Below, piece after piece: positions 48,002 through 57,924 of a stretch of DNA of 64,000 nucleotides. Origin of the DNA: Bacteroidia bacterium (GTDB lineage: Bacteria > Bacteroidota > Bacteroidia > AKYH767-A > OLB10); the NCBI GenBank assembly GCA_023262505.1, contig JALRAP010000001.1, forward strand, positions 64,343 to 128,342, read 5' to 3'. The notes beneath the pieces are model-generated. The model ran no database searches. It worked only from the letters and a program-made list of their open reading frames with translations, and was not told the origin of the DNA. The position numbers and the translations under genes are program-made. Each line of letters opens with the position of its first letter. Position 1 is the first letter of the stretch.

Positions 48002-49120
48002 TTGCATGAAGTCTCATTTAGACTCCCGTTGATGAGCACTTCCAGATCACAAGGGTTGGATTTACTTAGGGGCATCGCTATTATTTTAGTGATGCTACGG
48101 CATCAACCCCTAAACGATTTCAGCTACCATATCGGATGGATCGGTGTTGACTTGTTTTTTGTGTTGAGCGGATTTCTCGTAGCTAGGATATTATTTCAGG
48201 AACAACGAGAAAATGGCAAGACAGATGTGGCTCGGTTTTTAATACGGCGCGGACTTAAAATTTATCCTGTCTATTATATCTTTTATCTGCCGTATATATG
48301 GATTGCTACGCATCCTATGGATTTCAATTTAGTTCTGGCGGATTTGTTTTTTCTGCAGAACTATTTCAATGGCTGGGGATATTCCTATCCGGCAAGTTGG
48401 TCATTAGCTGTCGAAGAGCATTTCTATTTGGCTCTGGCATTGTTTTTCATGTTTTACAACACCCGGTCATCCCTTTTACGAAAACGCCTGTCATCAACCC
48501 CGTATTTCATCGGAACTTGTATAATCGTTTTCGTTGGTTGCCTGTTACTGCGGATTACATCGAATTCCATAAATCCAGATGATTTCGCTCGTAATCAAAC
48601 ACTGACGCACCTGCGTATTGATTCACTAATGGCTGGTGTTTTAATTGCCTATCTACAGCAATTTCATTTTGAAAAGCTGATAGGATTTACTACGAACAAC
48701 AAACTGTTATTGGGTATCACATCCATACTATTGCTTTCATGGACGCCCTACTTGGATGTACAAACCTCCGTGTTTGTGAGAACTTGGGGATTTACGATGC
48801 TTTACACGGCTTTTTCTATCATACTTATTTTGATTTTATCAAACGATTCAACTCATAAGCCGCATAAGACTGGATGGGGGAATATGTTCAAAGGGCTGAT
48901 AGCAAAAGTCGGAATCGCATCCTATTCCATTTATGTGATCCATACACTAGTCAATAGAATCTTCCATCGCGGTATAATGGAACTTGGCATGGATTTGCCA
49001 GCATGGTTGGATTTCACCGTCACTACCGCAATCAGTGTGTGCTTAGGTTTCCTAATCAAGAAATACGTAGAAGATTTTTTTCTGAGGCTACGCGACAGGC
49101 GATTCCCTTCAAGGTTCTAA
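48002..49120 (+). CDS. acyltransferase family 3
   Basis: LDLLRGIAIILVMLRH..VDLFFVLSGFLVA; third paralog in this window. Confidence 0.65.
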   Translation: MHEVSFRLPLMSTSRSQGLDLLRGIAIILVMLRHQPLNDFSYHIGWIGVDLFFVLSGFLVARILFQEQRENGKTDVARFLIRRGLKIYPVYYIFYLPYIWIATHPMDFNLVLADLFFLQNYFNGWGYSYPASWSLAVEEHFYLALALFFMFYNTRSSLLRKRLSSTPYFIGTCIIVFVGCLLLRITSNSINPDDFARNQTLTHLRIDSLMAGVLIAYLQQFHFEKLIGFTTNNKLLLGITSILLLSWTPYLDVQTSVFVRTWGFTMLYTAFSIILILILSNDSTHKPHKTGWGNMFKGLIAKVGIASYSIYVIHTLVNRIFHRGIMELGMDLPAWLDFTVTTAISVCLGFLIKKYVEDFFLRLRDRRFPSRF

Positions 49121-49133
49121 TGAAAAGCGATTT

Positions 49134-51620
49134 TCACTCGTGGAAGTAAACCCTTTTGACGCGCTGCGAAACTGATGTAAGCACCTCATATGGTATCGTC
49201 TCTAAATCCTTTGCCATCTCCAAAATGGTATAACCCGGACCGAAAACTATAACCTCATCACCTTCATGAACATCCAATCCTGTGACGTCGATCATTGTCA
49301 TGTCCATACAAATATTGCCTACTATGGGACATTTTTTCCCAGCCACTACCATATGCCCTTTGCCGTTAGACAAACGCCTATGTAATCCGTCTGCATATCC
49401 TATTCCAACAGTTGCGATTTGCGCATCGCGTTCTATCACACCTTTTCTGGAATACCCAACCGTTTCACCTGCTTTAACGGATTTTATCTGAGAGATGGTT
49501 GTTCGAAGTGTTGAAACGAATTCGAGCTGTTTTTGCTCGTGCATTGTTGCTGCAATTCCGTGCAACCCTATTCCCAATCTGACCATGTCAAATTGATACT
49601 CTGGGAAACGCAATATCCCGGCGGAATTCAACACATGCCGCTTTACGCGATAAGTAAAATGTGCAGTAATGGCATCTGCCATGCTATTGAAACGGGCTGC
49701 TTGATTTTTGGTAAAAGGATCGTGTGTCGATTCATCACTTGCTACTAGATGGGTGAAGACGGATGTAACGCGCAAATGTTTTTGGTTCTTGATTCGAACC
49801 ACCAACTCGTTGATTTCATCCTCAACAAAACCCAACCGGCGCATGCCTGTATCCAATTTCAAGTGGATGGGGAATGGCTCACCTCCCAGGCGCTTCTTAC
49901 GAACAGCGTCGCTGAATTGGCCCAATGTCCTGAAGCTATAAATCTCCGGTTCCAAATTGTAATCCACCATCGAATCATAGCTTTGTTCTTCAGGACTCAT
50001 CACCATTATCGGAAGTGTGATACCGGCTTTGCGAAGCTCTACTCCTTCATCCGCGTAAGCGACTGCCAAATACTCTACACGGTGGAACTGCAAGAGGTTG
50101 GCGATTTCAAAGCTTCCGCTTCCATAAGAAAACGCCTTTACCATAACCATTATTCCCGTTTCCGGGCTCAACCGTGATTTGTAAAAATTCAGATTATGTA
50201 CAACGGAATTCAGGTTGATTTCCAAAACGGTTTCATGGGACTTCTTTTGCAACATCCGGACAATGCGTTCGAAACCGAATGTGCGTGCGCCCTTGAGCAA
50301 AATGGTTTCATTGGAAAACAGCCCCGAATGCAAATCGTGAAGAAAGGACTCAGTGTCGGTATAAAAAACCGCATCGCATTTGAAACGGGATGACTGTCGC
50401 GATATTGCCGGGCCGATTCCTATCAGTCGCCCCACCTGCTTTTTCTGAAGCAGGTCACTGACTTCCGCATACAACAAGGACTCATCTTTCCCGCTTTGAA
50501 GAATGTCTGACAAGATCAACGTGCGCTTGGGATGTTGTTTCTGCTGGTTGAGGAAATCCAATGCGATGGTAAGCGAACCGATGTCGGAGTTATAGCTGTC
50601 GTTGATGATGGAGCAATTGCTTACACCTTCCTTCATCTCAAGCCGCATAGCTACAGGACTGAGTGAAGCCATCCTTTCTGTAATGGCGTCTGGGTCGATT
50701 CCCAACAAGAGCATCAGCGCCCAGCAATGTATGGCGTTTTCGATGGAAGCATCGTCGGTGAAAGGAATTCGTATGTGAATAAACCTGCTTCGATGAATGC
50801 CTTGGATTTCCGTTTCACCCTTGTCACGGCTGATTCTGCCAATTTGCAGGTCGGCGTTTTGTCTTTTGGACCAAGTGAATAACTCTAAATCGGCTGGCAA
50901 AAATTCAGCTTGGTTGATGGCATCCGATATGAGCAAATAATCACGGCAATAAATGAGCTTTTTGCAATGGGAAAAAAGCCTCAGTTTCTCTTGGGCCTTT
51001 TGCTCCATTCCAGAGAAGTTCTCATCATGTGCCGAGCCTAGGTTGGTGAATATGCCTATATCGGGGTGAATGACCTGACCCAGCTTCTCCATTTCACCAG
51101 GCTCTGATATACCCGCTTCAAAAAGCGCCAAGGTATTTGCTTCTTGCATATCCCAAACAGAAAGCGGCACACCAATTTGTGAGTTGTAACTTTTAGGGCT
51201 GCGAACAATATGGTAGTCATCCCGCAGTAGTTGATAAAGCCATTCCTTTACAATCGTTTTTCCATTGCTTCCAGTAATGGCCACAACAGGGTACTTGAAC
51301 TTTCTGCGGTGTTCGGATGAGATTTTTTGAAGAGCTGTCAAGGTGTCGCGCACTACCACGAAACACGCATCAGGATATGCTGAAGCCGCTGATTCATCAC
51401 TTACCAAGAAAGAGCGAACCCCGGCAGCATGTAGTTCAGGTATGAACTCATGACCATCGCGCCGATCTCCTTTCATTGCAAAGAATAGGGACGTTGATGG
51501 AGACATCATCTTACGGCTATCAGTCAGCAAATGACGGATCGGCTCTAAATTACCCGAATTACCAACCAACCGACCACCGGCCATAGCTGCAAGTTCCGAC
51601 ATGACATACTTGAACATCAC
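49134..51620 (-). CDS. murF/alr: bifunctional UDP-N-acetylmuramoyl-tripeptide--D-alanyl-D-alanine ligase / alanine racemase
   Basis: N-terminal MurF (AITGSNGKT...) fused to a C-terminal PLP-dependent alanine racemase (VMVKAFSYGSG ... barrel); 828 aa. Confidence 0.8.
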   Translation of the reverse strand: MMFKYVMSELAAMAGGRLVGNSGNLEPIRHLLTDSRKMMSPSTSLFFAMKGDRRDGHEFIPELHAAGVRSFLVSDESAASAYPDACFVVVRDTLTALQKISSEHRRKFKYPVVAITGSNGKTIVKEWLYQLLRDDYHIVRSPKSYNSQIGVPLSVWDMQEANTLALFEAGISEPGEMEKLGQVIHPDIGIFTNLGSAHDENFSGMEQKAQEKLRLFSHCKKLIYCRDYLLISDAINQAEFLPADLELFTWSKRQNADLQIGRISRDKGETEIQGIHRSRFIHIRIPFTDDASIENAIHCWALMLLLGIDPDAITERMASLSPVAMRLEMKEGVSNCSIINDSYNSDIGSLTIALDFLNQQKQHPKRTLILSDILQSGKDESLLYAEVSDLLQKKQVGRLIGIGPAISRQSSRFKCDAVFYTDTESFLHDLHSGLFSNETILLKGARTFGFERIVRMLQKKSHETVLEINLNSVVHNLNFYKSRLSPETGIMVMVKAFSYGSGSFEIANLLQFHRVEYLAVAYADEGVELRKAGITLPIMVMSPEEQSYDSMVDYNLEPEIYSFRTLGQFSDAVRKKRLGGEPFPIHLKLDTGMRRLGFVEDEINELVVRIKNQKHLRVTSVFTHLVASDESTHDPFTKNQAARFNSMADAITAHFTYRVKRHVLNSAGILRFPEYQFDMVRLGIGLHGIAATMHEQKQLEFVSTLRTTISQIKSVKAGETVGYSRKGVIERDAQIATVGIGYADGLHRRLSNGKGHMVVAGKKCPIVGNICMDMTMIDVTGLDVHEGDEVIVFGPGYTILEMAKDLETIPYEVLTSVSQRVKRVYFHE

Positions 51621-51632
51621 GGATATGTCTTT

Positions 51633-52217
51633 CTATTGTTTAGCCCTGGCTTTTACAAAACAGGATCGGCAGAGCGGTATGTAACTTTCCTTTTCACCCA
51701 ACAAAACAAGGCTGTCTTCATTGATAGTACGGTGTGAATGGTTGGCCAAGTCGCCACAATGCATGCAGATGGCATGTACCTTGGTGATGTAATCAGCTAT
51801 AGCCAACAGATCCGGCATCGGTCCAAAGGGGTTACCCAGATAATCCATATCCAAACCCGCGATGATTACCCGAATGCCTTGGTTGGCCAATTGTTCGCAA
51901 ACGGAAGGCAACCCACTATCGAAAAACTGGGCTTCATCTATTCCAATCACATCCACATCATTGCACATCAACAGTATGTTTGCGGATGCTGGCAAAGGTG
52001 TTGATACTATAGTATTGGCATCGTGCGAGACGATGTTTTGTTCATCGTAACGTTGATCAATCAAAGGCTTGAAAATCTCGACTTTCTGTTTGGCGATGCG
52101 GGCTCTTTTAAGCCTACGAATCAACTCTTCGGTTTTTCCAGAAAACATGGAGCCGCAGATAACCTCAATGGCCCCTTTACGGGTTCCTGAAATGTGACCG
52201 GGAGTTTCTATGAACAT
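51633..52217 (-). CDS. tdk: thymidine kinase
   Basis: P-loop [12 protein letters not shown] and a C-terminal zinc ribbon (CMHCG...CRSC). Confidence 0.9.
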   Translation of the reverse strand: MFIETPGHISGTRKGAIEVICGSMFSGKTEELIRRLKRARIAKQKVEIFKPLIDQRYDEQNIVSHDANTIVSTPLPASANILLMCNDVDVIGIDEAQFFDSGLPSVCEQLANQGIRVIIAGLDMDYLGNPFGPMPDLLAIADYITKVHAICMHCGDLANHSHRTINEDSLVLLGEKESYIPLCRSCFVKARAKQ

Positions 52218-52277
52218 GGTTGGAAAACTGCTGGTTTCAAAATTACCAACCGTGAAGGTAGTATCAAATTATAAGTG

Positions 52278-52502
52278 TCAGTTTCTGCTGAAGCAAGGCG
52301 CCTTATCATCAATTGACAAGCCGCATGACAACTCATCCGTCCTATAATTTCTGGGCGAGGAGAACATAGAGTGCTTGAGTTGATTGCAAGTATCGGAACC
52401 GCTATTGATCAGTTGCTCCATCAAATCACGCCGAATTTTCGCCAAGTTATCTAGCACTTCACGAGAATCGTGGTTTGATGGGTCAGATGGATAGGTGATC
52501 AT
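52278..52502 (-). CDS. hypothetical small protein
   Basis: 74 aa ORF in the tdk-kup intergenic region; weak support. Confidence 0.2.
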   Translation of the reverse strand: MITYPSDPSNHDSREVLDNLAKIRRDLMEQLINSGSDTCNQLKHSMFSSPRNYRTDELSCGLSIDDKAPCFSRN

Positions 52503-52631
52503 AATTCCTGCAAAGTTAATTGTTTGGCTTACAATGACCTAGAAGGAAAGCCAATGGTATCGCATATGTGTGATATTCAGTTGATTAAAACTTTACGGGA
52601 AGGGTATAAAAAGCACCTTTTGTAAAAAAGT

Positions 52632-54572
52632 TCAGCTAAGCCGTTTCAACTGCAGTTGTTTCGGGATATTGATGACAATAGGGACTTTTTCTACCACCAC
52701 ACTACTGGTATCCAACCCATATGACTTTTCATCGGATGAGCCCGCCCATTTCAGTACGCTATGTATTCCAAGGATGATCTTATCAAAGGCCGACATTACG
52801 TTATCATACGATAGGAACTTTTGAATGACCACGAATTTGAAATCGCCCATCATTTTGCGCTCATTCAAGGACTGGTACCTGCTAAGTATATCCACTTCCC
52901 CATTCTGACTTAACTCCGTGACTACCTGTCTGAAAAAAAGATTGATGCGAGGTTCCACCCTGAAACCTATTCTGAAGTCGATTTTTATGATTTCTCCTTT
53001 GACCAAGTGGGTTACTTTGTAATCCATCTGGTAAGGTTCGTCTGTTACGTCTACATGTAATAGCCAATATACGTCGGCCCTTTTAGGTCTTTTCCTGAAT
53101 ATAGAATAAACAATGGAATTCTCAATGTCAAAATCATTGTTTGCGCTTGTTAAATAAATCAAATGAGTGCTTGTTTTGGGAACTGTTTCGTCTGACCTAA
53201 GTTCACTTATAGCATCAAGATGAGGCCTGATATCGGTGAATTCGGTGTAACGATTCCGGATTTTACGGCCTTCAGACCAAGCATACATCAGTGAAAAGAT
53301 GATTGCAGATAACATCAAGGTTATCCATCCTCCATGCGCTACCTTGCTAATGTTGGAGATTAGAAAAGAGCCCTCAATACATCCATAAACCAGCACAAAC
53401 AATCCGACTGCTATGATTGGAAAATGCTTCATCTTTAAATACCATGCCATCAGTGTTGTGGTAACGATCATGGTCATTATGATGGCCATACCGTATGCCG
53501 CCTCCATAGCTTCTGATGACTTGAAATAATAAACGATTCCCATGCACCCTATCATCAAAAGCCAATTGATTGCAGGAATATATATCTGTCCTCTGATATC
53601 TGTAGGATAGTTGATTTTCATTCGAGGCAGGAAGTTCAATCGGATTGCTTCGTTTATCAAAGTGAAGGACCCACTGATAAGCGCCTGACTTGCAACGATG
53701 GCCGCCAAGGTTGAAACCGCAACACCAGGCAGCACAAACCAATTAGGCATTAGTTCGTAAAATGGATTGCGTTCATTCAAATGTTGTCCCGCATATGTCA
53801 GCAGCCATGCACCTTGACCCATGTAATTCAAAAGCAAGGTGATTTTTACAAACATCCAACTGACACGGATATTATCCTTACCACAATGCCCCAAGTCGCT
53901 GTATAGGGCCTCAGCACCGGTAGTGCAAAGAAACACCCCGCCCAATAGCCAAAATCCTCCAGGGTATTTTATCAATAAATCAACGGCATATACCGGGTTT
54001 ATCGAATTCAATACACCTGGATGTGTAATAATTGAAACCACGCCTAATACGGCAATCATGGAAAACCATGCAACCATAACAGGACCAAATGACTTCCCAA
54101 CAAATCCAGTTCCAAACTGCTGTATGAAAAACAGGCCAAAAAGTATAAGCATCACAATTGGAATAACTGGCAAGGATTCATTGTAATGGTGAAGGCCTTC
54201 GATGGCTGATGATATGCTAATTGGTGGGGTAATCATTCCATCGGCCAATAGAGCACTGCCTCCAATCATAGCCGCAATCGTCAAAAACCTAGAGCGATAT
54301 CTCCGCAGTAGGGCATAGAGCGAAAAAATCCCTCCTTCACCCTTGTTATCTGCTCGGAGGGTTATCAAGATGTACTTGACGGTTGTTTGCAGTGTCAGCG
54401 TCCAGAAAATACAAGACAAAGATCCGTAAACCAACTCTTGGGTTATGACTGCGTCTCCGATAATGGCACGAAGCACATACAGTGGAGATGTGCCAATATC
54501 TCCAAAAATAATACCGATAGTTATCAGCAAACCAGCCCCGGTAAGTTTGTGCAGATGACCTTGCTGTTTCAT
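52632..54572 (-). CDS. kup: KUP/HAK/KT-family potassium transporter
   Basis: N-terminal GAGLLITIGIIFGDIGTSPLYVLRAI signature; 646 aa. Confidence 0.9.
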   Translation of the reverse strand: MKQQGHLHKLTGAGLLITIGIIFGDIGTSPLYVLRAIIGDAVITQELVYGSLSCIFWTLTLQTTVKYILITLRADNKGEGGIFSLYALLRRYRSRFLTIAAMIGGSALLADGMITPPISISSAIEGLHHYNESLPVIPIVMLILFGLFFIQQFGTGFVGKSFGPVMVAWFSMIAVLGVVSIITHPGVLNSINPVYAVDLLIKYPGGFWLLGGVFLCTTGAEALYSDLGHCGKDNIRVSWMFVKITLLLNYMGQGAWLLTYAGQHLNERNPFYELMPNWFVLPGVAVSTLAAIVASQALISGSFTLINEAIRLNFLPRMKINYPTDIRGQIYIPAINWLLMIGCMGIVYYFKSSEAMEAAYGMAIIMTMIVTTTLMAWYLKMKHFPIIAVGLFVLVYGCIEGSFLISNISKVAHGGWITLMLSAIIFSLMYAWSEGRKIRNRYTEFTDIRPHLDAISELRSDETVPKTSTHLIYLTSANNDFDIENSIVYSIFRKRPKRADVYWLLHVDVTDEPYQMDYKVTHLVKGEIIKIDFRIGFRVEPRINLFFRQVVTELSQNGEVDILSRYQSLNERKMMGDFKFVVIQKFLSYDNVMSAFDKIILGIHSVLKWAGSSDEKSYGLDTSSVVVEKVPIVINIPKQLQLKRLS

Positions 54573-54832
54573 GATTTGAAGAGGTTATTCATTTGAAATA
54601 GCATATTATTCAGCCCTAAAAAACTTGTTTAATAAGTTCATGCGTGGCCAATTTGAAACCAAAAACAATTGGATGCGAAATTAAGCATAGGTCCACTCCT
54701 TATATACGCCACCAATAAAAAATCATAACAGTCTGATATAAAAAGAGTTGAAAGCGATAACTCTCAAGCTTTATGAATATGCACCGATTGTAAAAACCAA
54801 TGATGTAGATTTGTGAAAAATCCAATTAAAAA

Positions 54833-55537
54833 ATGAAATTCGGTGTTGTTGTTTTTCCTGGATCAAATTGCGATCGTGACATGCAACATGTGTTGCAAAA
54901 TGTAATGGGCCAAAAAACCGTTATGCTTTGGCACAAGGACCACGATTTACAAGGTTGCGATTTCATAGTTCTGCCAGGTGGCTTTTCTTATGGCGATTAC
55001 TTGCGCTCTGGAGCCATTGCTCGATTCTCCCCGATCATGCAGGAGGTGATGGAGTTTGCTGACAAAGGAGGTTTTGTAATGGGCATATGCAACGGTTTTC
55101 AAATTCTGACTGAAGCCACGCTGCTACCCGGTGCATTGTTGCACAACGACTCTAGAAAATTCATTTGCAAGAATACTTATTTGCGTTGCGAAACCGACGA
55201 ATCCCTACTCACATCGAAAATGCGTGTCGGTCAGGTTATCAAAGTACCTATTGCCCATGGAGAGGGTAAATTTTTCGCCGATGAAGCGACCATCCAATCC
55301 ATTGAAAAAAACGACCAGGTATTGTTCAGATATTGTGATGTATCTGGCAACACTGGAGACGCTTTCAATCCAAACGGAGCCACCAACCACATCGCAGGAG
55401 TTTGCAACAGCCAACGTAATGTCTTTGGTATGATGCCTCATCCGGAAAGGGCTTCAGAAGGCATTTTGAGCAACACCGACGGTAGAATCATCTTCGAGTC
55501 TATTCTGAATATGGCTGAGGTTCGAATCCGAAACTGA
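54833..55537 (+). CDS. purQ: phosphoribosylformylglycinamidine synthase subunit PurQ (glutaminase)
   Basis: MKFGVVVFPGSNCDRD...GICNGFQIL catalytic Cys, HPE at the C-terminal end. Confidence 0.85.
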   Translation: MKFGVVVFPGSNCDRDMQHVLQNVMGQKTVMLWHKDHDLQGCDFIVLPGGFSYGDYLRSGAIARFSPIMQEVMEFADKGGFVMGICNGFQILTEATLLPGALLHNDSRKFICKNTYLRCETDESLLTSKMRVGQVIKVPIAHGEGKFFADEATIQSIEKNDQVLFRYCDVSGNTGDAFNPNGATNHIAGVCNSQRNVFGMMPHPERASEGILSNTDGRIIFESILNMAEVRIRN

Positions 55538-55557
55538 TTCAAGTCACAACCAAAAAA

Positions 55558-56331
55558 ATGCGGTTACGATCGGCATTACCTCTATTGCTTTTTGCTTTAA
55601 TCAGCAAAAGCTGTGATAGACCTATGCCAGATAAATCAACTGTGGAGTCGCTGATGGGAGACTTCCGAAATGTTGAAGGAGGAAGCTTTTTGATGGGGGA
55701 CACATTGATTGATTCAACAGGCCACATCACTCATGTACCTCATACTGTCATAGTAGAACAGTTTTACTTACAATCCAAGGAGGTAACACAGGAGCTTTAT
55801 ACCATTATCATGGGAGAAAACCCCAGCACGGATTCATCATGGAAAGACCTGCCGGTTTCAGGAGTCTCGTGGTACGATTGCCAAAACTTCATTGAAAAAA
55901 TCAATCACATTACCGGGAAAACACATCGACTACCAACAGAGGCCGAGTGGGAGTTCGCTGCCAGAGGTGGCAGGCTTAGTAAAGGATTTGTATTTAGTGG
56001 TTCCAACTATGCCGATTCAGTTTCTTGGCATCGCGCAAACAGTAAAGGAAGATTACAACCAGTAGGCAAATTGCATTCCAATGAATTGGGTTTATACGAC
56101 ATGAGTGGCAATGTTTGGGAGTGGTGTAGCGACTACTACTCCGATTACCGAACTGATTCATCCAAGATGAATAATCCCGTAGGTCCAGACAAGGGATTTA
56201 TGCGTGTTTTCCGAGGAGGGTCTTACAATGATTCCTCAAGGTTTTCCAAAAACACTTCAAGGTACTATACAGACCCGAGACTGAATTATCCTGTTATTGG
56301 ATTCCGTTTGGTAAGGGAGGGTTCTAGGTAA
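55558..56331 (+). CDS. formylglycine-generating-enzyme (FGE-sulfatase/SUMF1) family protein
   Basis: Lipoprotein-like N-terminus; RLPTEAEWEFAARGG, GNVWEWCSDYY and RGGSY motifs. Confidence 0.7.
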   Translation: MRLRSALPLLLFALISKSCDRPMPDKSTVESLMGDFRNVEGGSFLMGDTLIDSTGHITHVPHTVIVEQFYLQSKEVTQELYTIIMGENPSTDSSWKDLPVSGVSWYDCQNFIEKINHITGKTHRLPTEAEWEFAARGGRLSKGFVFSGSNYADSVSWHRANSKGRLQPVGKLHSNELGLYDMSGNVWEWCSDYYSDYRTDSSKMNNPVGPDKGFMRVFRGGSYNDSSRFSKNTSRYYTDPRLNYPVIGFRLVREGSR

Positions 56332-56343
56332 AGAAACCAAATA

Positions 56344-57921
56344 TTAAAGGTCCTTAAGGACGTCTTTTGCCTGTTTATCGTTCGGATCTATAACCAACAC
56401 TTTTCTCCAAAACTCCTTAGAGGTAGTATTGTCTTTTTTGAGGAAGTAGTAATAGCCCATGTAGCGATATGACTCGAGCAAACCGGCCTTGTATTTATCA
56501 GGGTTTGCACTATCCGCCTCTGCCAATGAGACGTACTTTTCATAGAAGGGAAATGCACGCCCTTCGGTTGAAGTAGGATCCAGGTTTGCCGATGTTTTCG
56601 CTTTCATAAGGAAGCCGGGAGCCCAATTGGGTTGAACTTCGCAAACCTTCGAGAATATCGAATCAGCTGTTGAATAATTTTGCAACATAAGTGCGGCCCT
56701 TCCATAACTGTAGTTGTCAGCGGAAGTTAGCGGAAACCTTCCAGCTTTGGATTTATACAGTTCGAAAGCGTCCGCAAAACGATTTTTCTTCATCATGAGG
56801 GATCCGGCATCCGAATACAATCCTGCGTCGGCATCCTCGAATGCCAAGGCCTTACGAAGAGCATTGATCGCAAGAGAATCTGCATTGTTTTTCTGATAGA
56901 ATTTGGACAGGTATTCGTAATCCCTAGATTGGATCAGGGAAGAGTCAGCTTTGGAAAGGAATGACTCCATGTGCTTTAATCCTTCAGGGAATTTTCCCAA
57001 TTCAAAGTTGGCATAAGACAGAAGTTTCAAAGCAGCCAGATTGGATGAGTCGCGCCCCAAGACGAACAAGGCCGCCTCTTCTGATTCCCTGTAGCGTTTG
57101 GCTGAGAAAAGGCTCCTTGCATATTGTATGCGTGAGCGCATGTCTTCGGGGGCACGATTGAAATATTCAGCATAGGTGCGAATACCTTGATCGATCTCAC
57201 CCAAATCGAAATGAACTTCAGCTTTGTTGAGGATAGCCATTGTAAACTCCGGATTCAGTTTTAGAGCGGTTTCCAATTCAGCCATCGATGCGGAATGGTT
57301 TTTAATGCGCCTGTAGGCAATACCTTTCCTATGGTATGCGGTGGCTTTTTTGGAATCAGCGTCAATTGCATTGTTGTAGAAGTTCAACGCGGTTCCGTGA
57401 TCTCCTTGTGAAGCGAAATAATCCCCCTTAAGGATTAACCAATCTGCATTGGGCTGCTTGATCTCCTTCTCCAACATGTTGATCCAAGCCAACGCATATT
57501 CAAGGTCCTTTGATTTGAACTTGAAAAAGGCACGCACAACCTCCATCAAAAAAACAGGAGAAACGTTTTTGTGACTTTTGTAAATTGGATCGAAAACAAC
57601 CTTGGCGGCCTCGGCATTGTTACTGTAAGCAACATAAATGGCTTTTGTGCCCAACACATAAGGGTCTGTAGCCGTTAACCGCTCCGAATCTGCATATAGC
57701 GATTTGGCTGATGATCCATCGCCCTCATTGATGGCTAGATTCATCTTGTAAAAGCAAAGCGCACCTGGATCGTTCACGCCTTTGTATGCATAGAGACATT
57801 GTTTGGCTTTCACAAAGTCACCTATTTCAGTGTATTGGTTACACACAGCATAGTCTTGGGCAATGGCAACTGCAGAGCAGCATAACAATGCATAAATCGA
57901 AATGATCAGTCTGTTTTTCAT
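56344..57921 (-). CDS. tetratricopeptide-repeat protein
   Basis: Signal peptide plus >10 TPR-like helical pairs. Confidence 0.65.
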   Translation of the reverse strand: MKNRLIISIYALLCCSAVAIAQDYAVCNQYTEIGDFVKAKQCLYAYKGVNDPGALCFYKMNLAINEGDGSSAKSLYADSERLTATDPYVLGTKAIYVAYSNNAEAAKVVFDPIYKSHKNVSPVFLMEVVRAFFKFKSKDLEYALAWINMLEKEIKQPNADWLILKGDYFASQGDHGTALNFYNNAIDADSKKATAYHRKGIAYRRIKNHSASMAELETALKLNPEFTMAILNKAEVHFDLGEIDQGIRTYAEYFNRAPEDMRSRIQYARSLFSAKRYRESEEAALFVLGRDSSNLAALKLLSYANFELGKFPEGLKHMESFLSKADSSLIQSRDYEYLSKFYQKNNADSLAINALRKALAFEDADAGLYSDAGSLMMKKNRFADAFELYKSKAGRFPLTSADNYSYGRAALMLQNYSTADSIFSKVCEVQPNWAPGFLMKAKTSANLDPTSTEGRAFPFYEKYVSLAEADSANPDKYKAGLLESYRYMGYYYFLKKDNTTSKEFWRKVLVIDPNDKQAKDVLKDL

Positions 57922-57924
57922 GAC

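Noticed and set aside
49749-50177. 142-aa plus-strand ORF inside the murF/alr gene
   Set aside because: It is antisense, with no motifs, and the sense gene is a strongly supported housekeeping fusion.
55511-55530. GGTTCGAATCC, the canonical tRNA T-loop sequence
   Set aside because: It lies inside the purQ coding frame (..AEVRIRN*). The flanking bases cannot form a T-stem or acceptor stem, and no D-arm or anticodon arm lies upstream.
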